Below, one piece after another: positions 1 to 8,636 of a stretch of DNA of 55,507 bases (the stretch's first letter is position 1; each line of letters opens with the position of its first letter). The DNA is from a virus. Taxonomy: Duplodnaviria > Caudoviricetes. Where the stretch lies: the IMG/VR virus record IMGVR_UViG_3300046004_001044, positions 1 through 55,507 of that record. One strand, 5' to 3'. Made by a program: the position numbers and the translations under genes. The notes under the pieces were generated by a model. The model searched no databases. It saw nothing but the letters and a program-made list of their open reading frames with translations, and was not told the DNA's origin.

Positions 1-273
1 GAATTTAAAGGAACAAAAGGAGAATGGAAAGCAAATAACTTAATGCATAATTGGGTTGTTTGCTATGAAAAAAATGGTGATGAGTTAGTTCTTGATATAC
101 GAGATAACAAACATAACGCTAAACTAATAGCAGCAGCACCAGATTTGTTGGAAGCATTGCAATCAATGACTTTTATATTTGAAAGTTTAGCAGACAAACT
201 ACCTTCAAGAGTTGAAGATTTTAATTGTTATCAAGATGCTAAACAAGCAATCAATAAAGCATTAGGATTATGA
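1..273 (+). CDS. Small phage protein (NAxLIAAAPDLLEAL family), 5' end outside window
   Basis: Frame is open from base 1 (EFKGTKGEW...) and contains the common phage motif NAKLIAAAPDLLEALQ; the ORF-track start at 43 is probably internal. Confidence 0.75.
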   Translation, partial: EFKGTKGEWKANNLMHNWVVCYEKNGDELVLDIRDNKHNAKLIAAAPDLLEALQSMTFIFESLADKLPSRVEDFNCYQDAKQAINKALGL

Positions 274-557
274 TATACAAAATGAAACACATCCCAACTG
301 GCTTATATTTCCAGCCACACAAACATAGAGGCAGTCATTTATCAAAAAATGGAAAGATATATCAAACTAATACAAACGGAGTAGAAACAGGTAATTATGG
401 ACACAAATCTTTCACGGTTTGTTGTGAAAAGAATAGTCAAGTTCATAAAATGACAATTAACAAGCTTGACTGGAGTGATGGATGGAGTTATAATCAACTG
501 AAGGCAAACACAAATTTCTCAGACTGGGAAAGGGAATACTTAACTGAGCAATCATGA
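270..557 (+). CDS. Hypothetical protein
   Basis: 95-aa ORF, ATGA overlap with both neighbours. Confidence 0.7.
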   Translation: MIYKMKHIPTGLYFQPHKHRGSHLSKNGKIYQTNTNGVETGNYGHKSFTVCCEKNSQVHKMTINKLDWSDGWSYNQLKANTNFSDWEREYLTEQS

Positions 558-826
558 CCCACCAAACATTCAAGACTCACTTCGAGCGCACAATGATCAA
601 TAAAGACTTTGAATCATTTAAGAAGTCGCATCCAACATTACTAAAAGCCATCATGAATGCAATGGAGGATGCATGTGATCAAGCATATAATAAGGGCAGG
701 AGTGATCACGAGACAGTAATGTTTGACTTCATATCGAAATGGAACGGAGGCACCAACTCAAGATTTGGAAAAGCAATACACGACAAATTCAATCAAATAA
801 ATTATAAGCATGACAGAAAAAGATAA
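554..826 (+). CDS. Hypothetical protein
   Basis: 90-aa ORF in tightly overlapping array. Confidence 0.7.
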   Translation: MTHQTFKTHFERTMINKDFESFKKSHPTLLKAIMNAMEDACDQAYNKGRSDHETVMFDFISKWNGGTNSRFGKAIHDKFNQINYKHDRKR

Positions 827-1349
827 TCAAATAGCAGAAGCCAAAAGACTACTAGAAAAAATGCCATTAGACATGGCAATAACCGTGTGTGAAGAAGTTG
901 GAGGTAAACTTCCAAACATAAATGAAACACCTCCGATACATAGAAAATCAGAAAGGCATTACATGCAGTTCTGGCGTTATGGAGTAGTATCTGAGCTTAA
1001 GAAACTAGCCCATATAAAAAGCGATCTAGAATCACTAAAAGACAAGGTGTTAAAGGAATATGAAAACGGAAATGTAGTCGTATATGGACCGTTAGGATTC
1101 ACTATATTGGATATTGACAGTCTTATAAACCAACCGATTGATGGATTGCTTTACGATCTAAATAGAAACGAGTCAACAATACTTTTGTTCATAGAGGATT
1201 TTAAATGGATAAACGACTTTGCTATGATGAAGGTATTGCAAAAAATCAAGAAAGACTTCTACACCATCGACGACATTGAACGCGCAGTAAACCACTGGTC
1301 CATGACGACAGTAGAAAAGGAAAACATAATTAAATTTTTAGAGAAATGA
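810..1349 (+). CDS. Hypothetical protein
   Basis: 179-aa ORF in tightly overlapping array. Confidence 0.7.
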   Translation: MTEKDNQIAEAKRLLEKMPLDMAITVCEEVGGKLPNINETPPIHRKSERHYMQFWRYGVVSELKKLAHIKSDLESLKDKVLKEYENGNVVVYGPLGFTILDIDSLINQPIDGLLYDLNRNESTILLFIEDFKWINDFAMMKVLQKIKKDFYTIDDIERAVNHWSMTTVEKENIIKFLEK

Positions 1350-1549
1350 GTAAAAACGCCAACAAACCAGCCTTCGCAGCAGCCGCTGTGGACGGACAGA
1401 ATAACTACTTGAGTGTTGGACTAACCAAGCGCGAGTATATTGCGACAGCAATAACCAAGGAGTTGTCACATGACTTCGAAAACATAGACGCTATGATTGA
1501 CACAGCTATTGAAATAACTGACAAACTATTAGAAAAACTAGAGGTATGA
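1346..1549 (+). CDS. Small phage protein (GLTKREY family)
   Basis: PAF...GLTKREYIA...A..D.LL pattern common in small phage proteins; ATGA overlap. Confidence 0.7.
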   Translation: MSKNANKPAFAAAAVDGQNNYLSVGLTKREYIATAITKELSHDFENIDAMIDTAIEITDKLLEKLEV

Positions 1550-1707
1550 AAATCACCCCACAAGAACAAGTATCAAGACTGGAATATATCTGCGGAAACA
1601 CTCAGGAAGCAATTAATTTCGTTGAAAAAGACTTACAAGAAGAGATGACAGAAAGTCAGAGAGAATACATGAATGAAGTACTAACAGAATTAAAAAGAAG
1701 ATTATGA
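1546..1707 (+). CDS. Hypothetical protein, 53 aa (not in ORF track)
   Basis: MKITPQEQ...LKRRL*; ATGA overlaps at both ends fill the gap exactly. Confidence 0.65.
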   Translation: MKITPQEQVSRLEYICGNTQEAINFVEKDLQEEMTESQREYMNEVLTELKRRL

Positions 1708-1898
1708 AATACTTTTGGCATTTTATACACATTTTGCAAATACTATTTAGCATTACAATGTGTGTGCTGTTTCCATATTGGATCAGCGAAGGATATTTAA
1801 GCGATCCATATCCAATTATTGGAGCATTCATCGGATCATATGGTGGATTTATCGGAGGAGTGATTTGGTATTACAGAAACTTTAAACACATCCAATGA
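1704..1898 (+). CDS. Small membrane protein
   Basis: 64 aa, two hydrophobic segments. Confidence 0.65.
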   Translation: MKYFWHFIHILQILFSITMCVLFPYWISEGYLSDPYPIIGAFIGSYGGFIGGVIWYYRNFKHIQ

Positions 1899-2254
1899 TT
1901 ATAGCAGCAGCCATACTCATACTAGTCTCTGCTGTATTCGAAGCAGTGATGGACTTCCTTCAGTTTAAATACACTGGTAGAAGTCAGTTCTGGAATCCAG
2001 AATTAAGCTGGATGAATAAATGGGACTACTCAACAATACCACGAAAAGAACGATTCCCACTATCATCCACAGTACTTGTATTTCTGACTGACGGCTGGCA
2101 TCTAATGAAGTGGTGCAGAAATAGATGCTTGGATGTAGCCATGTTTTTAGTCGCGATTGGACTGACTGATTTCTGGATGGCATTCTGGATTACAATTACC
2201 ATCAGATCGGCTTATGGAATTATTTTTGAATTTGTTTTTCGAAAACTCAAATAG
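1895..2254 (+). CDS. Membrane protein
   Basis: Hydrophobic N- and C-terminal segments around SWxNKW...RFxxSSTxLVxxTDGWH. Confidence 0.7.
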   Translation: MIIAAAILILVSAVFEAVMDFLQFKYTGRSQFWNPELSWMNKWDYSTIPRKERFPLSSTVLVFLTDGWHLMKWCRNRCLDVAMFLVAIGLTDFWMAFWITITIRSAYGIIFEFVFRKLK

Positions 2255-2270
2255 TGTCGCATTTATTGAC

Positions 2271-2278
2271 TATATTTG
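2271..2278 (+). promoter_or_regulatory. Bacteroidota-type -7 promoter element (TATATTTG), flanked by inverted repeat TGTCGCA/TGCGACA
   Basis: Matches TAnnTTTG consensus; intergenic; inverted repeat at 2255-2261 and 2277-2283. Confidence 0.6.
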
Positions 2279-2284
2279 CGACAA

Positions 2285-2453
2285 CAGTACCTAATACGGT
2301 TCTCGTTGGAACACCGCACCCGATTAGGTCTTTTCACGTGTAAAGGAAATTGGTTGCTGCAGCACCTGAAGAAATTCATAACTGCTCTGCCATATAACTT
2401 ATGACGAACCCCCATGTAAGACTATTGACGAATAGAAACTGCATGGGTTTTTT
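2285..2453 (+). ncRNA. Candidate structured small RNA ending in an intrinsic terminator
   Basis: Promoter directly upstream; stems ACCTAAT/ATTAGGT, GTTC/GAAC, GCAG/CTGC enclosing TGAA-GAAA-TTCA, CCCATG/CATGGG followed by T6; no substantial ORF. Confidence 0.4.
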
Positions 2454-2627
2454 ATGCTAAATACTTTTTACAAAACATGCATAAATTGTAAATAATATTT
2501 GTACATGAAAACTGAAACATGTATAAAAAGCAAATTATTTTATACTTTTCTGCGAGATTATCGCAAAATCTCGAAGCATTTATACAAATTATTTTATGTA
2601 TATAAGTCGCAAGTATCAAAAAATAAC

Positions 2628-2635
2628 TATATTTG
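2628..2635 (+). promoter_or_regulatory. -7 promoter element (TATATTTG) for groEL
   Basis: TAnnTTTG about 21 nt upstream of ATG 2657; same AACTATATTTGC context as 10490-10501. Confidence 0.65.
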
Positions 2636-2656
2636 CCAAAACTAAATTTAATTAAA

Positions 2657-4252
2657 ATGATACCAAAGCACGTATATCTTGACGGAGACGGTCAAGACAA
2701 ACTAAAGGCTGGCATTAAGAAATTGTCAGGAGCAGTCAAATCAACCCTTGGTCCATTCGGCAGGAATGTAATCATGGAGTCAGAAAATCATGTAGGCGGT
2801 ACGACAATCACAAAAGACGGTGTGTCAGTAGCCAAGAATATCAACCTGTATGACCCAGTAGAAAATCTTGCTGTAACAATCGTAAAAGAGGCCGCAAACC
2901 GAACTGCATCAGTAGCAGGCGACGGAACCAGTACTTCGATAGTACTTACAGAGGCACTTCTAGACGAGGCTGAAAAAATGATTGACGACAAAACAAACGT
3001 CACAGAAGTCATCCGTCATATGAATGACATCAAAGAGGACGTGATCAAATACCTCAGCAAAAAATCAAAAAAAGTTACAGATCGTAACCTGTTGGATGTA
3101 GCAACAATATCCTCAAACAATGACCCAGTACTTGGGAAGCTTATTGCCGACATGTTCAAGAAAGTAAAAGTTGTAACAGTTGAGGATTCAAAAACTCCAA
3201 CAACCCACACAGACGTTATCGAAGGGCTTAAGTTTGATCGCGGGTATTCATCCGTTGCAATGATCACCAACGAAGAAATGGAAACATGTGAGTTAATCAA
3301 TCCATTCATCCTACTTACAGACATGGAGATCAACAATCTTTCTCACATGGAAAAGATACTTGTTCCAATCATGCAAGCAGACAGGTCTTTACTTATCATC
3401 GGACGCATGTCTCCAGCAGCAATCAACACATTCAATTTAAATATCAAGAAAGGCAACATCAAAGGATGCCATGTCGAGCCGCCAAATCACGGATACAGAC
3501 AAAAAGAAATGATGCGCGATTTAGAGGCTGCATTCGACGCTAAATTCTATTCTGAAGAGATAGGAGATGGATTACATTTAATCACGTCAGAAGGGCTAGG
3601 AAATGCCGCAAAAGCGATTATATCAAAAGACAGAACAGTTCTATATCGCAAGGACGGACAAGATGATGAAAAATTGCAACACAGACTTGAAGAATTAAGA
3701 AGCAAACTTACTGGAGAACTTTCATTATTCGAAAAGAAAGACATCACTGACCGAATTTCAAATATCGACGGTGGAGTTGGTATCATCTACGTTGGAGCCA
3801 ATTCTCCAGTAGAAGCAAAAGAAAAGAAAGATCGAGCAGACGATGCAGTTCGCGCAGTATCTGCAGCGATGGAAGACGGAATCATTGCTGGAGGCGGTGT
3901 CTCACTATTCAACGCAGCATCTATTATTCCAGTTGATCATTTCGAGCAGAACAAAGATCTATATGCAGCGCGTGAGATCATGTCTCATGCATTAATGACT
4001 CCATTCAAGCAGATAATTATAAATGCAGGTCAAGATCCAAGAGTGATCATGGATGAGATTGAATTCAAAGCAGAAGAAGGATACGGCAAAAATCTTAAGA
4101 CTGGAAAGTTTGGGAACATGATTAAAATGGGAGTAACAGACCCAACTCTCGTGACTAAATCAGCACTTAACAATGCAGTATCAGTTGCTACAACAATCAT
4201 TTCTTCAAGTGCAATAATCACAAATATGAGAGCAGATGAAAGCGTTAAATGA
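2657..4252 (+). CDS. groEL: Chaperonin GroEL (Cpn60)
   Basis: TLGPFGRNV, ITKDGVSVAK, AGDGTSTS, EGLKFDRGY, GIIAGGG, GVTDP motifs; start moved to ATG 2657 because the TTG at 2633 lies inside the promoter. Confidence 0.95.
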   Translation: MIPKHVYLDGDGQDKLKAGIKKLSGAVKSTLGPFGRNVIMESENHVGGTTITKDGVSVAKNINLYDPVENLAVTIVKEAANRTASVAGDGTSTSIVLTEALLDEAEKMIDDKTNVTEVIRHMNDIKEDVIKYLSKKSKKVTDRNLLDVATISSNNDPVLGKLIADMFKKVKVVTVEDSKTPTTHTDVIEGLKFDRGYSSVAMITNEEMETCELINPFILLTDMEINNLSHMEKILVPIMQADRSLLIIGRMSPAAINTFNLNIKKGNIKGCHVEPPNHGYRQKEMMRDLEAAFDAKFYSEEIGDGLHLITSEGLGNAAKAIISKDRTVLYRKDGQDDEKLQHRLEELRSKLTGELSLFEKKDITDRISNIDGGVGIIYVGANSPVEAKEKKDRADDAVRAVSAAMEDGIIAGGGVSLFNAASIIPVDHFEQNKDLYAAREIMSHALMTPFKQIIINAGQDPRVIMDEIEFKAEEGYGKNLKTGKFGNMIKMGVTDPTLVTKSALNNAVSVATTIISSSAIITNMRADESVK

Positions 4253-4496
4253 TTTTATAATTATCAACAAGGTAATCGAGGAGCATAAAACTTCTGGAGG
4301 ATTACTTTTAACTGCTGAAGACACGAAAGAATTACGGTACCAGAGGGGTACTGTAATTTCTTTTGGACCACTAGTCAAATCAGCTAGAGAAGGTGTTGAT
4401 ATTTACTACGACAAGGTTAATGCCTTTGACGTTAGAATGGACGGGGAATTATTTACAATGATCAGAGAGCGCGATTTAATAGCGGTGTGTGAATGA
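4236..4496 (+). CDS. groES: Co-chaperonin GroES (Cpn10)
   Basis: KALND.III, mobile loop TSGGLLL, GTVISFG, IRERDLIAV; overlaps groEL end. Confidence 0.9.
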   Translation: MKALNDFIIINKVIEEHKTSGGLLLTAEDTKELRYQRGTVISFGPLVKSAREGVDIYYDKVNAFDVRMDGELFTMIRERDLIAVCE

Positions 4497-4666
4497 ATTG
4501 GTCAAAGGTAAATAAATCTACCAGCAAGCCACTAATGTGGTGGTATCACAAATTTATGTGCGAACACGGATACAATATCGGAAATCTAAAAATGTACTAC
4601 AAGCATCTGAATATCATGTGCAACAAGTATGGCATTAACTTGTACGGGGATCATATACCGTACTAG
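4493..4666 (+). CDS. Hypothetical protein, 57 aa (not in ORF track)
   Basis: MNWSKVNK...DHIPY*; ATGA overlap with groES. Confidence 0.5.
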   Translation: MNWSKVNKSTSKPLMWWYHKFMCEHGYNIGNLKMYYKHLNIMCNKYGINLYGDHIPY

Positions 4667-5165
4667 TTGGAACACGTTGTTTTCGAACTTCTTCATTAAA
4701 CTTTAAAATCCCCATGGCAAGAATCTTATCTGAGTAGGTTTCCCTTCTGAAGATAGGATTTTTTGCTGGGATTATACAAATCTCTTCTTGGAAATTTAAA
4801 TTCTTGTACATCTCAGTTAGCATATATCTGCATTTACGAGTAACTTCATAAAGTCTATGTTCACCACCCATTTTATCTCGGTACAAATGAATCCATCCGC
4901 CCTCTCTTAATTTCAAGAATCTTTTTCGGTCCCATCCAAAGAAGTTTCCATACTCAACAAACTTGTAGTAGTTAAAAAGTCCTTCAGAATATAAAAACAG
5001 CAGCATATCAAGCTCTGGCTCACGAAGTTTATTTCGTCTACATACAGTCCGTCTAATAATTCTCCAATACTTCAGCACATCAAGACTTGGCTCACGTCTG
5101 TAATAATGCTTTCTAACTATCTGTACTTCGTACTTCTTTTTCTTAACTCTTCTTGCCATTTTCAA
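4635..5165 (-). CDS. Putative winged-helix DNA-binding protein
   Basis: Basic 176-aa ORF; ELDMLLFLY...RFLKLREGGWI...RLYEVTRK resembles MarR-like wHTH; only - strand gene in the + block. Confidence 0.55.
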   Translation of the reverse strand: MKMARRVKKKKYEVQIVRKHYYRREPSLDVLKYWRIIRRTVCRRNKLREPELDMLLFLYSEGLFNYYKFVEYGNFFGWDRKRFLKLREGGWIHLYRDKMGGEHRLYEVTRKCRYMLTEMYKNLNFQEEICIIPAKNPIFRRETYSDKILAMGILKFNEEVRKQRVPTSTVYDPRTS

Positions 5166-5183
5166 TTATTTGTACAAATTTCG

Positions 5184-5191
5184 TAAATTTG
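5184..5191 (+). promoter_or_regulatory. -7 promoter element (TAAATTTG) in palindrome CAAATTT-CGT-AAATTTG between divergent genes
   Basis: Consensus match in a 45-bp divergent intergenic gap. Confidence 0.55.
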
Positions 5192-5210
5192 CAGGTAAAT
5201 AGCAATTAGT

Positions 5211-5345
5211 ATGAAAAATAAAGTTAGATATTCAGAAGTTACTGGCATTGGTAAAATGATAGAAGTAAAAAAAGCTAGAGAAAAAGCAAAAGAAATGGAT
5301 GAGGCCTTATTGGAAGCTAAAGCAATGAAGATCAAAAGAAAGTAA
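5211..5345 (+). CDS. Hypothetical protein, 44 aa (not in ORF track)
   Basis: MKNKVRYS...KIKRK*; follows promoter; TAATG coupling to next gene. Confidence 0.5.
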   Translation: MKNKVRYSEVTGIGKMIEVKKAREKAKEMDEALLEAKAMKIKRK

Positions 5346-5554
5346 TGAGAAAAGTTAATACCAGACTAGCAAAGTTAGTTAGAGGTGTAATTCATCCAGT
5401 AACAGCTGATGATAAAATACCTGCTGAAATACTTGCGTCTGGAGACACTGCTATTGATAAATATGTGGGAGTTGATGCAGATGGTAATCCAGTATGGAAA
5501 ACAGTAACTGGAGCTACTGGATCATCAAATGGCTATTATCCTCAAGGTTGGTAA
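5345..5554 (+). CDS. Hypothetical protein, possibly structural
   Basis: 69 aa; KYVGVDADGNPVWK resembles fibre-type segments. Confidence 0.55.
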   Translation: MRKVNTRLAKLVRGVIHPVTADDKIPAEILASGDTAIDKYVGVDADGNPVWKTVTGATGSSNGYYPQGW

Positions 5555-5569
5555 AATAAACGATAAATT

Positions 5570-6013
5570 ATGAGTAGTATTTCAAATACATTTGGTAATG
5601 AATTAGCATTACACTTATTTAACAATTCAGACATTGCTAATATAGGCGATGTTTCTGGATTACAAAATTCAGCAACTGTAGGTGACTTTTTTGTTGCACT
5701 ACATACTGCTGATGCAGGAGATGCAGGAGATGCAACTACAAATGAGGCAGCATACGACGGATATGCTAGAGTTGCTGTTCCTAGAAGTGGAGCAGGATGG
5801 ACAGTTGCACTTCGTAATATAAAAAATACGGCAGATGTTATTTTTCCGTCAAGAACTCTTGCAGGAACTGAAACACTTACACATTGGTCAATTGTAAAGG
5901 AATCAGCAGGAGTATCCGTGATTTTATTTAAAGGTTCTCTTGTTGATCCTATTATTGTCACATTAAACATAGCACCAAGAATTACAGCTAACTCACTTCA
6001 AATAAACGTATAA
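5570..6013 (+). CDS. Putative virion structural / tail-fibre-associated protein
   Basis: SNTF.NELALHLFNN...VALHTAD...EAAYDGYARVAVPR...W pattern typical of phage tail-associated proteins. Confidence 0.6.
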   Translation: MSSISNTFGNELALHLFNNSDIANIGDVSGLQNSATVGDFFVALHTADAGDAGDATTNEAAYDGYARVAVPRSGAGWTVALRNIKNTADVIFPSRTLAGTETLTHWSIVKESAGVSVILFKGSLVDPIIVTLNIAPRITANSLQINV

Positions 6014-6866
6014 TGGCATTACAGGATTAGATTCGATATATGCTGCCAAAGCAGCAGGTAAATCAAATAAAGGATTATTTCAGAAAACAACAGTCAACGG
6101 AGCTGCTTCCGCTGCAGGTAGATGGCATGAGTTTTTTACAGCAAATGGTATTCCAACAGCAGGGGCATTTAGTGGTTCAGCAGGTGTTGCAACAGTTATG
6201 AATGGATCAACACAAGGGGCATTAAATGTTGGAACAGCTTCTGTAACTCCAGATGTTCGTCATGCTACAGCTTTAAAGATTCAATCTCCAACAGCAACAC
6301 TTGTTCCTACTACATTTTACCTTGTAGATTTCTTATTATATTATCCATCGTTAGTTGTTACAGGCACTCCTACAGTATTAAATAATGCAGCAACACTTCC
6401 GAGATATACAAATGGTAATAATGTATTTCCAATTATTACTGTTCAAACAGCATTAGGTGCTGCTTCTCCAGCGCTTACATTTACATATACAGATGATGGT
6501 GGGACAGGAAGTAATGTTGGTTTAGCAATGACATCTCCTGCCAATTCAGCCCCTGTATCTACATTGTTTTTAAACAATGGTAATCCATTCTTACCATTAG
6601 CAGGGACAGACAAAGGAGTTCGTAAAATTGATTCATATACATTAGCATCTGGAACAACAGGAACCGTAGCTGTTTGTTTAGTAAAAGTTTTAGCAGAGAT
6701 TGATATTTATGCTATCAATACAGGAAATTTAATTGATTTTTTAACTGGATCTGACATCTTACCTGTTATTGAGGATAATGCTTGTTTGGGGCTTATTGGA
6801 GTAACTGGTGGAGCGATGGTTTCGTCAAGTGTATTTAGTGGAACATTATCAAATATTTGGGGATAA
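6013..6866 (+). CDS. Putative structural protein with apparent 1-nt frameshift near its start
   Basis: The 6198-6866 frame is open back to 6006 (ITGLDSIYAAKAAG...GRW); the coupled ATG at 6013 is out of frame by one base. Confidence 0.55.
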
Positions 6867-7030
6867 TGATACTCGTAAACGGAAAAGAAGATTTTATTTC
6901 AGAAGAAGTTAATAATGGCTCTGTAATTGAATTTGAAGATGGAAGATCTTTTAAAATTTACTCTACAGAGGAAGTTTCAGAGCTAATTGATGTACTTATT
7001 AAAATAAAAGACAATAATAATTTACAATGA
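6866..7030 (+). CDS. Hypothetical acidic protein, 54 aa (not in ORF track)
   Basis: TAATG and ATGA couplings at the two ends. Confidence 0.55.
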   Translation: MILVNGKEDFISEEVNNGSVIEFEDGRSFKIYSTEEVSELIDVLIKIKDNNNLQ

Positions 7031-7674
7031 TTAGAGGATCTATAATTAATTCTCAAAGAATTAAGGGAGGTATTGGTGTTGGAGGTAGTGGAGTTAGTAT
7101 GCGATTTAAGTTAAATCGCATAAATCCAAGTGTTGCGTTACAATCAATACCTCAAGTTTCTTCTATTACATCTTTTCCAAATGGATATAGACTACCCAAA
7201 GCGATATTATTTCCATTAGAAAATGGTGAAATTGCAGGCTACTCTTATTCCGCATTTGATACTTCATGTAGTATTATAGGATTTGGATACATTGAAAGTT
7301 CTATTACAGTAACATTTACCGTTAGTTGTTCTGCTCAGTTATTAGCTGACATGTTTGGATCAACAACAGTAACATTTAGTACTCTATGTGAAGTTATTGG
7401 ATATGGTTATATTCAAGGTACAGCAAATATTTCAGCATTACCTTCTGCAGCAGATATTGCAGGTGAGGTATTTGCTACTAAACTAGAAGGTGAATATTCT
7501 ATGCGAGATATTATGAAATTAATGAGTGCTGTTTCATTTGGAAAATCAACTATTGTAGATTTAGGAGGAGGTATAGCAACTGTAACATTCAGAGATATTA
7601 ATGATACGGTTGATAGAGTTGAAGCAGATATGACAAGTTCAGAAAGAACAAACGTTACTAAAAACCTAAGTTAA
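7027..7674 (+). CDS. Putative structural protein
   Basis: Gly/Ser/Thr-rich with internal repeats (CSIIGFGYI / CEVIGYGYI); C-terminal VTFRDINDTVDRV. Confidence 0.6.
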   Translation: MIRGSIINSQRIKGGIGVGGSGVSMRFKLNRINPSVALQSIPQVSSITSFPNGYRLPKAILFPLENGEIAGYSYSAFDTSCSIIGFGYIESSITVTFTVSCSAQLLADMFGSTTVTFSTLCEVIGYGYIQGTANISALPSAADIAGEVFATKLEGEYSMRDIMKLMSAVSFGKSTIVDLGGGIATVTFRDINDTVDRVEADMTSSERTNVTKNLS

Positions 7675-7685
7675 AAATAAATCAC

Positions 7686-7693
7686 TAACTTTG
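7686..7693 (+). promoter_or_regulatory. -7 promoter element (TAACTTTG)
   Basis: Consensus match 7 nt before ATG 7701. Confidence 0.55.
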
Positions 7694-7700
7694 TATTTCA

Positions 7701-7862
7701 ATGCAAATCAGGTTAATTAAAAAGCAAGTTGGGCTGGGTGATGCTGTAGAATCTGTATTAAAAATGACAGGTATCCATCAGTTGACCAATCTGATCGTAA
7801 ATGGAGACACAAAAATACCTTGTGTGCCATGTATGGAAAGAAAAGAAAAGTTAAATAAGTAA
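7701..7862 (+). CDS. Small phage protein (GLGD...TGI...CxxC..RKEKLN family), 53 aa, not in ORF track
   Basis: MQIRLIKKQVGLGDAVESVLKMTGI...CVPCMERKEKLNK*. Confidence 0.7.
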   Translation: MQIRLIKKQVGLGDAVESVLKMTGIHQLTNLIVNGDTKIPCVPCMERKEKLNK

Positions 7863-7864
7863 TT

Positions 7865-8113
7865 ATGGCATTAGGCAAGACAGCACAGTTCTATAGAGAT
7901 AATCCAGATTCCCGCAAGAAGCATCAGGAGACATCAAAAAAGGCAGCTGCAAAACCAGAAGCCATTAAGAAACGTACTGAGGCAAATGCAGCAAGAAAGA
8001 AGTTAGGTATTCCAAAAGGAAGTCCAATTGATGCAAGCCATAATAAAGACGGAACAATTGTTAAAGAACATCGCAAAACCAACAGGGGTCGCGGGGGATC
8101 AAAAAAGTGTTAA
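7865..8113 (+). CDS. Small basic protein, possibly degenerate HNH-like
   Basis: Lys/Arg-rich; DASH...NRGR pattern. Confidence 0.55.
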   Translation: MALGKTAQFYRDNPDSRKKHQETSKKAAAKPEAIKKRTEANAARKKLGIPKGSPIDASHNKDGTIVKEHRKTNRGRGGSKKC

Positions 8114-8116
8114 ACT

Positions 8117-8386
8117 ATGAACTACAACGACATACTAACAGCTAGAGCTGGATCAAAAGTAATCAATGATGCCACAGAATATGAAGGCACAATCTACAGA
8201 ATCCAAGTATTGGAAGATACTGTATTTGCATCATTAAAGGTTGCTGGAGTGGACGTGAAATCAACATACATTTCAACACCAGCCACAGCAGTAAAAGCAG
8301 GAGCTATAATCACTCCAGTAGATATTAATAAGCCATTCTCGGCAGTTGATTTAACTAGCGGATCTATCTGCATAACTCTCGGATAA
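8117..8386 (+). CDS. Hypothetical beta-rich protein, possibly structural
   Basis: 89-aa ORF in operon. Confidence 0.6.
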   Translation: MNYNDILTARAGSKVINDATEYEGTIYRIQVLEDTVFASLKVAGVDVKSTYISTPATAVKAGAIITPVDINKPFSAVDLTSGSICITLG

Positions 8387-8387
8387 T

Positions 8388-8636
8388 ATGACTGCTCTTA
8401 GTGTTATAGAACTATTAAAAAAACATAATCTGTTAGGATTTGTTGTTATTGCTGCATTCTATTTTAATACAAGGATGAATTCCTTTGAAGATAGACTAGC
8501 AGCATGTCAAGGAGAATTGATTTTAACATACAAGAGCATGTCATCATCGGTTGATGTAAATGAAGATATTATGTATCGCGATATGCAATACGCAGTACTT
8601 CCAAATGATCCAGTAGGAAAAATAAAATGGGGTTAA
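8388..8636 (+). CDS. Membrane-anchored protein in lysis cluster (holin/antiholin candidate)
   Basis: Single N-terminal TM segment; precedes holin-like, spanin-like and endolysin genes. Confidence 0.45.
   Translation: MTALSVIELLKKHNLLGFVVIAAFYFNTRMNSFEDRLAACQGELILTYKSMSSSVDVNEDIMYRDMQYAVLPNDPVGKIKWG

Noticed and set aside
2285-2400. tRNA or tmRNA; also a short LVAAAPE peptide resembling gene 1
   Set aside because: No cloverleaf, T-loop or CCA; no tag ending in AA; the peptide match is too short to be meaningful
2633-2656. TTG starts in ORF track at 2633, 19800, 20395 and upstream starts at 9258, 10694, 28799
   Set aside because: They fall in promoter/terminator sequence or overlap upstream genes extensively; downstream ATGs fit coupling and promoter spacing better
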